DNA from: Trichomonas gallinae
Lineage: Eukaryota
Reading direction: 5' to 3'
NCBI GenBank assembly: GCA_008369845.1
Contig: MRSU01010490.1
Location: 1-36,996 of the forward strand
Length of the DNA: 36,996 nucleotides
Below, piece by piece: positions 10,000 to 19,878 of this stretch. Each line of letters starts with the position of its first letter. Position 1 is the first letter of the stretch. The notes beneath the pieces are model-generated. The model did no database searches. It was not told the DNA's origin and worked only from the letters and a program-made list of their open reading frames with translations. Made by a program: the position numbers and the translations under genes.

Positions 10000-11817
10000 A
10001 TGGGACGTGGTTACATAAAACGCGCTGCCACTGTGAATTTCACTATACACGAGCTCAAAGTACCAGAGCAGTATCCAGACGAGTTCCACGTGAAGTGGAA
10101 GCGAGGAAATTTTAATGGAATGACTGAATCTGGAATTGTCAATGACAATAATTCCGTAATATTCGAAAAACGATGTCAGTGCAAAGTCACCATGTACATA
10201 TCAAAGAAAGACAACTCGATGAAGGAAAAAGAAATCACAATTAAAGTATATCGAACAAGAAATGGCAAAGATCCAAAGATTTTCGGCGAGCTGCGTCTCG
10301 ATATATCATCAGGTTACGGCAAAAGCACCATTTTCAATACATATGACCTCAAAAGCCCGCATTCCAAAGTATCAAAACTCGTGATTTCTTTTGATCTGAT
10401 TCCAGACGAATCCGCAACAACAGACAATTTAGATTCTGAAATGGGCTCACAGGCCGATCTCTTTACACAATCGGATGAAAAACCAGAAAAATGGGATATT
10501 TCCGAAGCCATTTCACCAGAGGACTCGGAGCGTCTCAAGTCCTTCTTCAACGAAAGAGCAGAGTCACTTCAGCGCTCTCAATCATCACTTAATGCGTTCA
10601 GTTCAATTCCAATTCAAAAAATGGCAAAGAGAGGAGTAAGATTACCAACCCCAGCAGAAAGCCCACCAAGAAAGCACAAGCTTTCGCAGATTGGACACAG
10701 AACATTTTCTTGTCCTAATCTTGGACCACCAATTTATAACAAGGAAGAAGAGGAACCCCTACCTAAACTTGTTTCCATGGACATACCGAGCTCGCCTATC
10801 GTGAATCCGGAAATTAAAGACGTACTTTCTTCAACTGAAATTTCAAACCTTCTTAAATCAATTCTTAAGAAGGAATGGTGCACTGCTCCATTGCCATCTA
10901 ACAAAATTCCACTCCCATCTGTGATCATTTATGCTGCATTTCTTCATACAAAACTTTTCCAAGATCAAAATCTTCAAAGCTACGAATACAACGAAATCTT
11001 CTTAGAGTTCTTCAATAACTACGAGAATAGCAATATAATTTTAAACGCAACATCAACAGATAAATTCATTTGTACAATATACTTATTGTTCCTCGTTAAA
11101 AATATACCAGACGCCATTGAGAGCCGCCTTACAGACGCTGTCATCAGAATGTCAGAATATTGCACTGGCCTTATGATCGAAATCGTAACCCCAGTTCTTC
11201 CTATGTTCGAAAGCCTCATACAGAACCTTGTTTCCGGCCTTCTCGATCAGCAGCAGATGGCAAAGGAGTTCAAGAGCATGCTTACCCATGCACAAGGTTC
11301 TTTGCCAAATGATGAACCTGCAAAAGTCTTCTTCTATAACTATTTGATTACAGCGATCGATTATAAGATTGTTGAGTACATAGCTTCTTCGCCTTACGAG
11401 TGCACTTTTTTATCTGCTATTCAGTGGAACTCATTAAATACAATTTTGGACGAAGCAGAAATCCATCTTCCATTCTTCAGACAGGCAGCAGCTGTTCTCA
11501 TGATGAGCGCTGCAATTTGCGGTGAACCTTCGGTTTCTGATGAAGTTTGTCCAAATCTTCCAAAATTACTCGTTTTGAAGATTTTGGCGAACCAGCAGCC
11601 TGATAATGACTTCAACCCAATGCCAAACGATGTCATGCCTTTCATCAGCTTCTACAAACTCAATGGAAGGCAGTATTCGCCACAAGTATACAAATACATT
11701 GGTGAATTCCAGGATTTAAGAGAGAAATGCGATATCATGAAGTGGAAAGAAACCGAAATCTCTTCAACGATTATGGAATCATTCACATTCTTAAGACGTT
11801 TCTTCGAGAGCAAATAA
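10000..11817 (+). CDS. NT-C2 (EEIG1/EHBP1-type) domain plus C-terminal Dilute-like domain protein
   Basis: N-terminus VNFTIHEL..., HVKWKRG..NG.T, V.FE, GELRLDIS matches NT-C2. C-terminus CTFLSAIQ...FRQAAAVLMM...VCPNL....VLKILANQQPD matches the Dilute pattern. First ATG is 10000. Confidence 0.8.
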   Translation: MGRGYIKRAATVNFTIHELKVPEQYPDEFHVKWKRGNFNGMTESGIVNDNNSVIFEKRCQCKVTMYISKKDNSMKEKEITIKVYRTRNGKDPKIFGELRLDISSGYGKSTIFNTYDLKSPHSKVSKLVISFDLIPDESATTDNLDSEMGSQADLFTQSDEKPEKWDISEAISPEDSERLKSFFNERAESLQRSQSSLNAFSSIPIQKMAKRGVRLPTPAESPPRKHKLSQIGHRTFSCPNLGPPIYNKEEEEPLPKLVSMDIPSSPIVNPEIKDVLSSTEISNLLKSILKKEWCTAPLPSNKIPLPSVIIYAAFLHTKLFQDQNLQSYEYNEIFLEFFNNYENSNIILNATSTDKFICTIYLLFLVKNIPDAIESRLTDAVIRMSEYCTGLMIEIVTPVLPMFESLIQNLVSGLLDQQQMAKEFKSMLTHAQGSLPNDEPAKVFFYNYLITAIDYKIVEYIASSPYECTFLSAIQWNSLNTILDEAEIHLPFFRQAAAVLMMSAAICGEPSVSDEVCPNLPKLLVLKILANQQPDNDFNPMPNDVMPFISFYKLNGRQYSPQVYKYIGEFQDLREKCDIMKWKETEISSTIMESFTFLRRFFESK

Positions 11818-12981
11818 TTACGGAATTTTATAGAAATAATTTTTGTTATTAGGCAAATTAAGCTATCTTTATTACTCAGGTTTTACGATACTATCAACAG
11901 AATTATCTATATTACCTTAAATTACAAAAAATCAAATCTCTTTCTGTTATAAAATAAGATTTATACTGTTTTGAACATAAATTATATATTTATATAACCT
12001 ATAACAATGATATATGAAAGAATTTCAGCGAATATGCATTAATTTTTTAGAAAATTAATTATGATTTAAAATCATATTTAAGGCAAAATAAGCTTAATAT
12101 TCTAATTATCAGACATAAATATAGCCAATTAACATGCATTACAATATCCTTCTCATAAAAAATGATGTTAATGACAGTAAACAAACACATACTGTTGCAT
12201 TGTCAGCTGCAAATGCATCTAAAGAGAAAGCAGACGGATAATTGAAGCATTTTTCTAGTCAAATCAGACTTGAAAGAGGATATTGAATATGATTTTTAGT
12301 GAATACAATACATATAAGATGTAGATGCGTGAAACAAATTGGCAAATTGATGGCGGCGCGTTTTTTGATTTTTTTTTACAGTTTTAAAGTCGATCATCGA
12401 TGAAGAATTACAGGGTTATAAACCATGAAAACGAAAACATCCGCATTAATTACGCCGAATTTTTTCAGATATTTACAGAGTTTTGAAAAATCGGTTTACA
12501 AAAAAGTGAAATGGTTAAGAAACAATTCAATTATTATATACTTATTACCAGATTCTAATCTAAATTAATTAATAAAATTGAATAAAAATCGAATCAACAG
12601 AAAAAGATTTGAAATAATTTAAAAAACTTTGTAATTATAACTATTATATGTTAAATAATCCAAAACTCAAGTGAGTTAACAATTTAAAATTTAATTTTTA
12701 TGTTGAAAAATGTTTAATATTTTTAGTATTAATAATACCGATTTTCATAACCATCTGAATATTCAGAAAAATTAACTACTCTCAGAATTATTCAACGAAT
12801 ATCAGAAAAATTAAATGTATTTCAAATTAATTTTCATTGTTTAATGACTAGAAATGTTAATATAATAATTTTTGAAAAGTTCTAATTCATGAAATTATCA
12901 TATAAAGATAATAGACGTATATTCTCGATAAATTTTTGAAATAATGTAAATTCGTAAAAATACTCTTTTTTTTTCTTATTG

Positions 12982-13554
12982 ATGAAATTATTATTGTGTT
13001 GGCTAAATGGCAATCAAATAGAAACAGAGCCTGTTGAGTACGAAACATTCGAACAGGTTCTTGAACGGCATGGAGTGTTAAACAGCGAGCTAGAAACACG
13101 ACTTTTCCATAATGGCAAAGAGATTCCTCTATATCTTACATGTTATGCCATTTCAACCCAAGACAATGTCAAAGTAATCGTATACCAGAAGCCGGTGAAG
13201 GTCAACAGGGTTCGAATCGTTAGAAATCATACAAAGGCTTTCAATCGTCAGAGAAAGGCCCAAATTATGAGCCAAGAAGCAGCTAGGATGACAGATAATT
13301 TCTTCAATCGCGTTTCGATGCAGCGACGCGCTCAATACCAATTTCAAGATTCATTAAGAAAAATGGAAGCTAATGAAGAATCGTTAGATTTCACAACCGA
13401 AACATGTATCGATTATGAGTCAAAGATTTCGGAAACAGCACTCCCTATGTGTTATCTTCCAAACGTTAAGAGATCCGAACAACCTAGAAAATCAAATATA
13501 ATCGATAACATCGTTATTACCAAGCAGCCAAATGGCGATGCTTCGCAGGTTTAA
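12982..13554 (+). CDS. Hypothetical protein with possible N-terminal ubiquitin-like fold
   Basis: 190-codon ORF. The first ~70 aa show a beta-grasp-like pattern (NGNQIETEPVEYETFEQV...RLFHNGKEI...DNVKVIVY). Confidence 0.65.
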   Translation: MKLLLCWLNGNQIETEPVEYETFEQVLERHGVLNSELETRLFHNGKEIPLYLTCYAISTQDNVKVIVYQKPVKVNRVRIVRNHTKAFNRQRKAQIMSQEAARMTDNFFNRVSMQRRAQYQFQDSLRKMEANEESLDFTTETCIDYESKISETALPMCYLPNVKRSEQPRKSNIIDNIVITKQPNGDASQV

Positions 13555-14310
13555 TCATGCATTTTTGTTTTGTATTTTATTTTTCTATCCTAAATCTTTC
13601 TATCTTTCCAATTCTATATTATACTTTGGCCATTATTCCCGTACGGGTCCACATTATTAGGGTTATATAGATTTCGAAGTCGTTATCTTTTTTTCGAATT
13701 TTATGAAATCATCCGTTTTTTCGATTAAATAAGTTGTTTTTAAAATTGTTTACTAGCAGGACATCACTATATATGACATTAATGACGATTTTTGTTGGAA
13801 AATTTCCTGTCTAGATGAAAAACTCACAGAATCCAAGTTTTAATTCAATATTTCCTCGTAAAAATAGCATTACATCTGATTTGTTGGTGCCAAATAGTTT
13901 ATTGCTAACAACTAATTCTACCTCTTTTGTATTTTGTTAGCAGATACATTAGCATTTATACACATGCAATGTATGTTGACAAGAAATTAATACTCTGACC
14001 TTTAATCAAGATGGTTTCAGATATATAAACAAATTATATAATTTTATACGACATTAACTTTCAAGAGTAAGTTTTTAAACGATATACTGACTATAGAGTA
14101 AAAACAATCTATAATCATTGGTTTTATTCAGTGAACATAGGAATTTTGCAAAGATTAATGATTCAACTTGATGAACCATTGACTTCTTCAATGGATATAA
14201 GGAGTGTTATTCCTCGTTCGTCATTTATCAATGAGTTGAATATTGTATTTTGTTCATTAATTAAATTTTGTGACATATTACAAAAATGCCTGCAGAGGAT
14301 TTATAGTGGC

Positions 14311-14988
14311 TTAGTCAAGCTGCTTTTCAGTCTTCTTGGATAATTGATGCCCTTTTGGATTTCGATTTTTATTCCGTGCAAATTCGATTGCTTGAATAGT
14401 ATAAATAATACGACCAATAAGTGAGACAGTTCTTAAAATAAGCAAAGGAAGATGTTTGAGATAGATATAAGATTTTCGAACTGTGTGCCAATTATCTAAG
14501 ACTTCCAATATGCATGTAATGATAGATAGTGCAGTAGCATCTCTATATTTGTAATAATAATAAACTTGAAAATAAGGAGCAATTGATTCTAAAATTAATT
14601 TGATAGAATCTATTACTTCATTAGTATCAGAAGATATAAGTTTCTTTGCTAGAGCGAAATACATAATTGCTGATAAATAAATAAAAACTTTGGCGAAAAT
14701 AAAATATTTTCTTGATAAGACAATTATTAAGAAGACTATCATGGTTTGAACCATATTTACAATATCCTCGCAGTCTCCCCAAGTAACTTCCTGTGTTTGA
14801 AATACATATAATTCTTGATTAATTAAAATCAGTGTAACAAAAGGCAGACTGATACCATCTGTAGTTTTTAATTTGATTAGCTTGTAAATTTGTGGTATTT
14901 GGTATATAAATGGTTCGATATAAATAAATAGTTTGAGTAGCTGCCTGATAAATATCTGTCTGCATTGCCTATGTCCCCAATTAAACAT
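14311..14988 (-). CDS. PQ-loop membrane protein, MPDU1/Lec35-like (true start may be TTG at 15048)
   Basis: QIPQIYKLIKLKTTDGIS PQ motif, WGD, a second degenerate repeat (YFQVYYYYKYRDATALSIIT) and multiple hydrophobic helices. First ATG is 14988, but homology extends further upstream. Confidence 0.8.
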   Translation of the reverse strand: MFNWGHRQCRQIFIRQLLKLFIYIEPFIYQIPQIYKLIKLKTTDGISLPFVTLILINQELYVFQTQEVTWGDCEDIVNMVQTMIVFLIIVLSRKYFIFAKVFIYLSAIMYFALAKKLISSDTNEVIDSIKLILESIAPYFQVYYYYKYRDATALSIITCILEVLDNWHTVRKSYIYLKHLPLLILRTVSLIGRIIYTIQAIEFARNKNRNPKGHQLSKKTEKQLD

Positions 14989-15230
14989 GAGGAATAATTC
15001 CTTCGCACATTGTTTTCCAATTAAGCGAAAGAAAAGAAAAAATATCAATTCTAATTTTGCCAAGTAATTTTTTATTTGTCAAAAATTTAAAGTTTCTTCA
15101 ACAGTTCGTATGTTCTCTACGACAACTCATACTTTTCTATTAATAATATTCATATTTATAAGGAAATATATATGATTTTCTGTTAGGAAAGTACCAAATA
15201 TTAAAAATGATTATAATGAAAAAGAATAAT

Positions 15231-15254
15231 AAAAGTGACACGATTAAAAGTGAC
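15231..15254 (+). promoter_or_regulatory. Two AAAAGTGAC elements (trichomonad AAAGTGAC-type 5' motif)
   Basis: AAAAGTGAC at 15231-15239 and 15246/7-15254, immediately before ATG 15258. Confidence 0.5.
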
Positions 15255-15257
15255 AAA

Positions 15258-15860
15258 ATGGAGGAATTCGATTTTTATTATTGTCAATCATTACTGAATG
15301 AATTGATGCAATCACCGATGACAATTCCTCTAAGAAAACCAGTGGATCCAGAAAAAGACTCTGCACCAGATTATTACGATATTATCAAAAAACCAATGGA
15401 TTTTCACACGATAAAAAAGAAATTAAATGGAGGAGTTTACAATTCTATAGATCAGTTTTACAATGATATCAAGTTAATTTGCAAAAATGCCGAAATATTT
15501 AATGGGAAAAATAGTATGTTAGCATTAGTTGGCGAAGACATAATGAAAATAACAAACAAATGGCTTAAAAACAAGCCATCATGCTACGATGAAGAGTTAT
15601 TTAAGCTCTTACAAGAAGGTTCAAAAGCATTAGATTATCATATCGAACATGCGCCTCCAGAAGTATCTTTTACTCCAGGTATTTCGCTTCCAGAATGGTT
15701 TGATGATAATATGCTGACAAATGATCTTAAAAAGACACTTGATGCAGTTACCACACCTTATAAATCGGATTCACTTACTAAAATTTGGGCATTCCTCGAA
15801 ATACAGGAAAAGAAGAAGGTTCTAGAGATTATTAAAGTTCTAGAACCTATAAAAGAATAA
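15258..15860 (+). CDS. Bromodomain protein
   Basis: PLRKPVDP....PDYYDIIKKPMDF.TIKKKL..GVY...QFYNDIKLICKNAEIFNG, retaining the acetyl-lysine-binding Asn. In-frame upstream ATGs exist at 15207 and 15216. Confidence 0.9.
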   Translation: MEEFDFYYCQSLLNELMQSPMTIPLRKPVDPEKDSAPDYYDIIKKPMDFHTIKKKLNGGVYNSIDQFYNDIKLICKNAEIFNGKNSMLALVGEDIMKITNKWLKNKPSCYDEELFKLLQEGSKALDYHIEHAPPEVSFTPGISLPEWFDDNMLTNDLKKTLDAVTTPYKSDSLTKIWAFLEIQEKKKVLEIIKVLEPIKE

Positions 15861-16231
15861 TATGTTTATAATACTAAAATTGTTGTTTTGTTTCATGGAT
15901 ATATTGCTATTATGTACCAACACACATCAAATTTGATATTCTACATAGAAGATTCATTTAATATATGATTTGATGATTTTTTCTAAGAAATATAGTCTTT
16001 TACTGAATATATTTTCACATATACAAAATAGCACAACCATATATCTAATTTTTGATCATTTTCAAATTAATAATTGATTAAATAATTTCAATGGTTAATG
16101 ATTATTTGGAAACTATGAACATGCTGTTGTTGATGCAAATATTATAGAATAAATTCGAAACCGGATATTTCTGACGAAAAAATTATTTCATGTGAAATTT
16201 TAATTGATTGTGATGAAAATCCGTTAGTAGT

Positions 16232-17152
16232 TTACTTGGCAGCGTTTGGATTTGCTTCTGCGTAGACAGAGAGGCAAACCCAGTTGTAGTGCTGCGGCTT
16301 CTCTGGGATTCTTACCTTAACTTTATCCTTGACGGCTGGTGGGACGACGCCCTTGAGATCCTTCTCGAGGCGTGGCTGGAGTCCCTTCAAGTTGGCTGGG
16401 CCGCCGTATACGACAACATTCTCAAGAAGTTGTGCGCGGAAATCAACTGGAGCCTTCTTGCAGCTGTTGTTGATATCGTTGGCGAGGCCATCGCTCTCGA
16501 GGTTCTCGTTGACGAAGAATGGGATGAAATTGCTTTCGCCTGCGTTTAATCTCTCTTGGCCGGTGAGCTTGAGTCCCTTGAAGTCGACATCTGGGGCGCC
16601 CTTCTCGCATGCCTCATCGAAGTTTGGAACAACACACAACTGTGTTTCCTTGATTTCTTCGATTAATTCTGGTGTTGCAGCCTTGAATGCCTTCTCGATG
16701 TATTTGGAGAGCTCACTGCCATTCATGACGTGGACGACACCGGATCCGTCGATGAATGTGCCTTCTGCGACTGCTGCGATCTCAGATTTCTGATAGCCGA
16801 GATCGACCAAGATGGCGTTGCTTGTGCACTTGGCATTGATGTTGAATGTTGTATCGAGGTAAAGTGATGGGACTTTGAGCTCTTTTGAGAAGAAATCTGT
16901 GATTTGTCCCCTGGCCGCATCAGATGTTCTCAATGAGCACGTAACGAAGGCTGGCTGGGCTGTTGGAGCAACGCCGAGGAGTTCGTAGAGCTTCTTGACG
17001 ACAACTTTGTAATTATCCATGAAGTTTGGAACTCTGCCTTGGAAGGGCTGGCCTCCAAGTTTGAGTGTGAGCTCGTCAACTTTTGGAGCTTCTTCTCCGG
17101 CGAATCCAGCGCGGCATCTGTAGGAGCCGAGGTCGATGACGACAGCGGGCAT
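16232..17152 (-). CDS. Shortened actin-related protein (306 aa)
   Basis: VVIDLGS..CRAGFAGEEAP, LVDLG, EEIKE.LC, ER..AGE..F.P, NVVVYGG..NLKGL.PRL.KDL and W match the actin fold. Strong C/G-ending codon bias; the stop forms TAAA. Confidence 0.9.
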   Translation of the reverse strand: MPAVVIDLGSYRCRAGFAGEEAPKVDELTLKLGGQPFQGRVPNFMDNYKVVVKKLYELLGVAPTAQPAFVTCSLRTSDAARGQITDFFSKELKVPSLYLDTTFNINAKCTSNAILVDLGYQKSEIAAVAEGTFIDGSGVVHVMNGSELSKYIEKAFKAATPELIEEIKETQLCVVPNFDEACEKGAPDVDFKGLKLTGQERLNAGESNFIPFFVNENLESDGLANDINNSCKKAPVDFRAQLLENVVVYGGPANLKGLQPRLEKDLKGVVPPAVKDKVKVRIPEKPQHYNWVCLSVYAEANPNAAK

Positions 17153-17296
17153 TTTATATCACTTCACTTCTGACATTTAATAGATTTTTGTAAACAAAAA
17201 ATGTCAAAATTTATTTGATTTCATTGATTTACAAAACCACTTTTTATATCAAATATCTGATAATGTTTTTATCAATCATCAGCATTAAAAATATTG

Positions 17297-17533
17297 AGTA
17301 TTGGTACATTATACATCGGCTATTGGGATGATATGCACGAGATATCATGAATAATTCGTCCATATTATTTGATTTTCTTCACAACATTCATCTGGATTTT
17401 TCATATTCGATAAATGTCCAGTATTGATACATTATTCATTCTTTATTAGAGCCAGAATATACTCTAGGACATGATATATATGAGATATCATGAATAATTT
17501 TTCCATAATGTTTGATATGCTTTACATCACATA
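17297..17533. repeat. Imperfect tandem duplication of ~95 bp in intergenic DNA
   Basis: Copy 1 starts at 17297 (AGTATTGGTACATTAT...GAGATATCATGAATAATT..TCCATA) and copy 2 at 17420 (AGTATTGATACATTAT...GAGATATCATGAATAATT..TCCATA). Copy 2 has a ~20-bp insertion. Confidence 0.75.
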
Positions 17534-17841
17534 TGATTAAACTGAATTCTGATACTTTTATTAGTTTTATATCAAATGGATCGATAATGATCCGTGTGAG
17601 GCACCTTTCTTCTTTTGATATTTGATTTGATGGTTTTCTGATCGAAATAACTACCTGTTTTAATAAATATCCTATTAATCATAATAAATTGAATCGAAAA
17701 ATGTGAGAATCATGATTTTTTCCAATTTCGTTATATATATTGCAAGAATAATAAAAATTAAATATGTGGGAACAAGAAGCTTGCGTATGTTAAAAATTTC
17801 TTCATGTTACAGAATGATATATAAACAATTTTATTTTTCTA

Positions 17842-18933
17842 TCAATGAAATAGAGCATTGTGGTTAGCAATTGTCTCTTTTTGTATTTGAGTCATGAGAT
17901 CAAGAACTTCTTTAACAGTTGATGACGTTTTTGCTGATGTTTGGTTCTTTTGCAAATTTTTATTTTGTTCTTTTAGTGTGTAGATTGCCTTCTTGTATTC
18001 GGATACATTATTCTTAACTAAGACGCTTATCTCTTCGGTTAGATTTGTCAATATCTCTGGTTTTTCTAGGATTTCATCAGCAGTTGGTGCAGTGTAGTCA
18101 AAGATGTTTAGGACACTCTCAGCAATCTCATGGCACTTAGTAGAAAAGAATCTAATCTTTGCATCGTCTTTAGAAGGCTTTGCTCTTTCTGGACTAGATT
18201 TTGGCCTTTCTGGGCTCGATTTTTTACTATTATTGAGCTTTTCTATTAAACTGTCGATATCGGTTGCGTATTGAGTAACATTAGAAGGTTCATTTGATGC
18301 ATGCTCAAGAGTTGTCTTCATATTTTCGAATTCTTGACAAGATCCGTTTTTCTCGGCAATGTAATCAATAAATTTGATGAATGCATGACATATCTGATCT
18401 CTGAATGTTGTTTCTTCCATGATTTTCGCGTTTAAAGCAGCTGTTTTGTCTTTTTGAATTGGAGAAGGAGCTATTGAGTCTACTTCGCTGTTAAACGATG
18501 AATCTAGCTGAGAAACATCTGGTGTTTTGCTTGGCTTCTTCAATATAGATTTAGGCTGCGGAGATGTGTTGCTCATCATCGCAGAGCTTTGCGTAATAAA
18601 ATCAGACACACCATGGAGACTGCTGAAGTGCTCATTGAGTAATCTCTGCTTTTCAGCATCCAGTTCGTTCATTTGTTTTTGAATTTCAACAATTCTTTCA
18701 TCAAGAGCTTTTTGGTCATTCATGAAGCTATTAGAGTGATTCTGTTCGTCTCTTCTTATCTTTTCGAGAACAGCTTTCGTTTTTTCTTGATCTTTTTTGA
18801 ATTGATCGAGCTGTGCGCGATATTCTTCAAGACTTCCGGAGTCATCGTAATCTTCCTCCTCTTCTATGTCTTCTAATTCATTTGCCATTCGGAGAAGAGA
18901 TTCCGATGCTAAAGAAAGTTTCGTCGATTCCAT
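17842..18933 (-). CDS. Hypothetical coiled-coil protein
   Basis: 363-codon ATG-initiated ORF with heptad-rich N- and C-terminal segments and S/T-P-rich linkers (SSPERPKSSPERAK). Confidence 0.8.
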   Translation of the reverse strand: MESTKLSLASESLLRMANELEDIEEEEDYDDSGSLEEYRAQLDQFKKDQEKTKAVLEKIRRDEQNHSNSFMNDQKALDERIVEIQKQMNELDAEKQRLLNEHFSSLHGVSDFITQSSAMMSNTSPQPKSILKKPSKTPDVSQLDSSFNSEVDSIAPSPIQKDKTAALNAKIMEETTFRDQICHAFIKFIDYIAEKNGSCQEFENMKTTLEHASNEPSNVTQYATDIDSLIEKLNNSKKSSPERPKSSPERAKPSKDDAKIRFFSTKCHEIAESVLNIFDYTAPTADEILEKPEILTNLTEEISVLVKNNVSEYKKAIYTLKEQNKNLQKNQTSAKTSSTVKEVLDLMTQIQKETIANHNALFH

Positions 18934-19550
18934 TAAATTATAAACGGCTGCAATTTTTCTTGATTTTCTTAATTTTATGGAAAATTATGAAATAGAATCA
19001 ACTATTGATTCTATTTTTGTAATTCGAAATCAATGTCATAAAAATAAGAAAATTTTTTCACGTAAAGTTAATTTTACCACCATTTTAGACTTTTTGCTGT
19101 GTTTCCATGTGTTATCTAATGTAATTATCTTAAATTTAAGACATAAATGAAGTACCATCTTATGCATCATCATATAAATCGAGATCTAGAAATAAAACAA
19201 AAATTTCAAGAAGATTCGATTAAATTAATAAAATAACATGACATAGCAGTATAATGCACCCAATATAGCCATACACCAAAATAAATCATTCATTTATAAC
19301 ATATCTTGCACCAAATCTAGATAGTCAGAAGAAAATTTTTGAAAAACTAGATAATCGATAATTATTATGTATTTAAAGGCTATTAATCATACTTTCATCT
19401 ATTTGACAGATATATGAATATTTGTAATTTTGACATGTAAAATGTCAAAAATCAGTTTTCGTTGATAAAGCTGAAAATTAGACATAAATAAGATAATAAT
19501 GCTATATTTAAATTTTCAAAAAATACGTAAAGTTGTACGTTATTCAATTA

Positions 19551-19877
19551 ATGTCGAGATCTTATAAACCAAGTGTTCCGGCTAACATTCAAGCTTTAAT
19601 TCGCGCAAACAACCTCCACGCTGAAGCCGTAGAGCAAGCAAAAATTAATCTTTCTAAAGCAAATGAAACAAAATTCCGTGAATCTCATGCAAGCTATATT
19701 CGCAACGCAGAAGTTAGAAGAAATGCCAAACTTAGCCACCAGGAAGAGATTTTAGCGCACGCGGATCTTATAACAGATAGAAGAGCGAGATTAGCGGCAC
19801 AATTCGCCGAAGATAAAGAGGAATGGGCCAGAGAATTACAAGCTCAAGGCTTAACTTTCCAAAAGAATTCTCTTTAA
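19551..19877 (+). CDS. Small helical protein, CFAP141/C1orf189-like candidate microtubule inner protein
   Basis: 108 aa. The C-terminus RRARLAAQFAEDKEEWARELQAQGLTFQK resembles the CFAP141 end (R.AAL..LF..E...Y..EL...G.AF). TCAAT precedes the ATG. Confidence 0.65.
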   Translation: MSRSYKPSVPANIQALIRANNLHAEAVEQAKINLSKANETKFRESHASYIRNAEVRRNAKLSHQEEILAHADLITDRRARLAAQFAEDKEEWARELQAQGLTFQKNSL

Positions 19878-19878
19878 A
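19873..19878. terminator. Palindromic TTTAAA providing stop codon plus UAAA poly(A) signal for both convergent genes
   Basis: + strand TAA 19875-19877 lies in TAAA 19875-19878; - strand TAA 19876-19874 lies in TAAA 19876-19873. Confidence 0.6.

Noticed and set aside
12160..12290. Short coding-like patch (TVALSAANASKEKADG*)
   Set aside because: Under 45 codons, interrupted by stops, no family signal.
13208..13220. GGTTCGAATC tRNA T-loop/B-box match
   Set aside because: Inside a CDS with no cloverleaf.
13620..14343. Possible decayed minus-strand gene (MSQNLINEQ...DERGITLL, 37 aa) and + ORF 14131-14343
   Set aside because: Fragments cannot be joined into a recognisable protein; the + ORF starts at GTG and lacks motifs.
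16289..16920. Antisense and alternate-frame ORFs over the actin-like gene
   Set aside because: Expected from its high GC3 codon bias.
19874..19877. TTAA as piggyBac/Kolobok target site
   Set aside because: No terminal inverted repeats or transposase; explained by overlapping stop codons.
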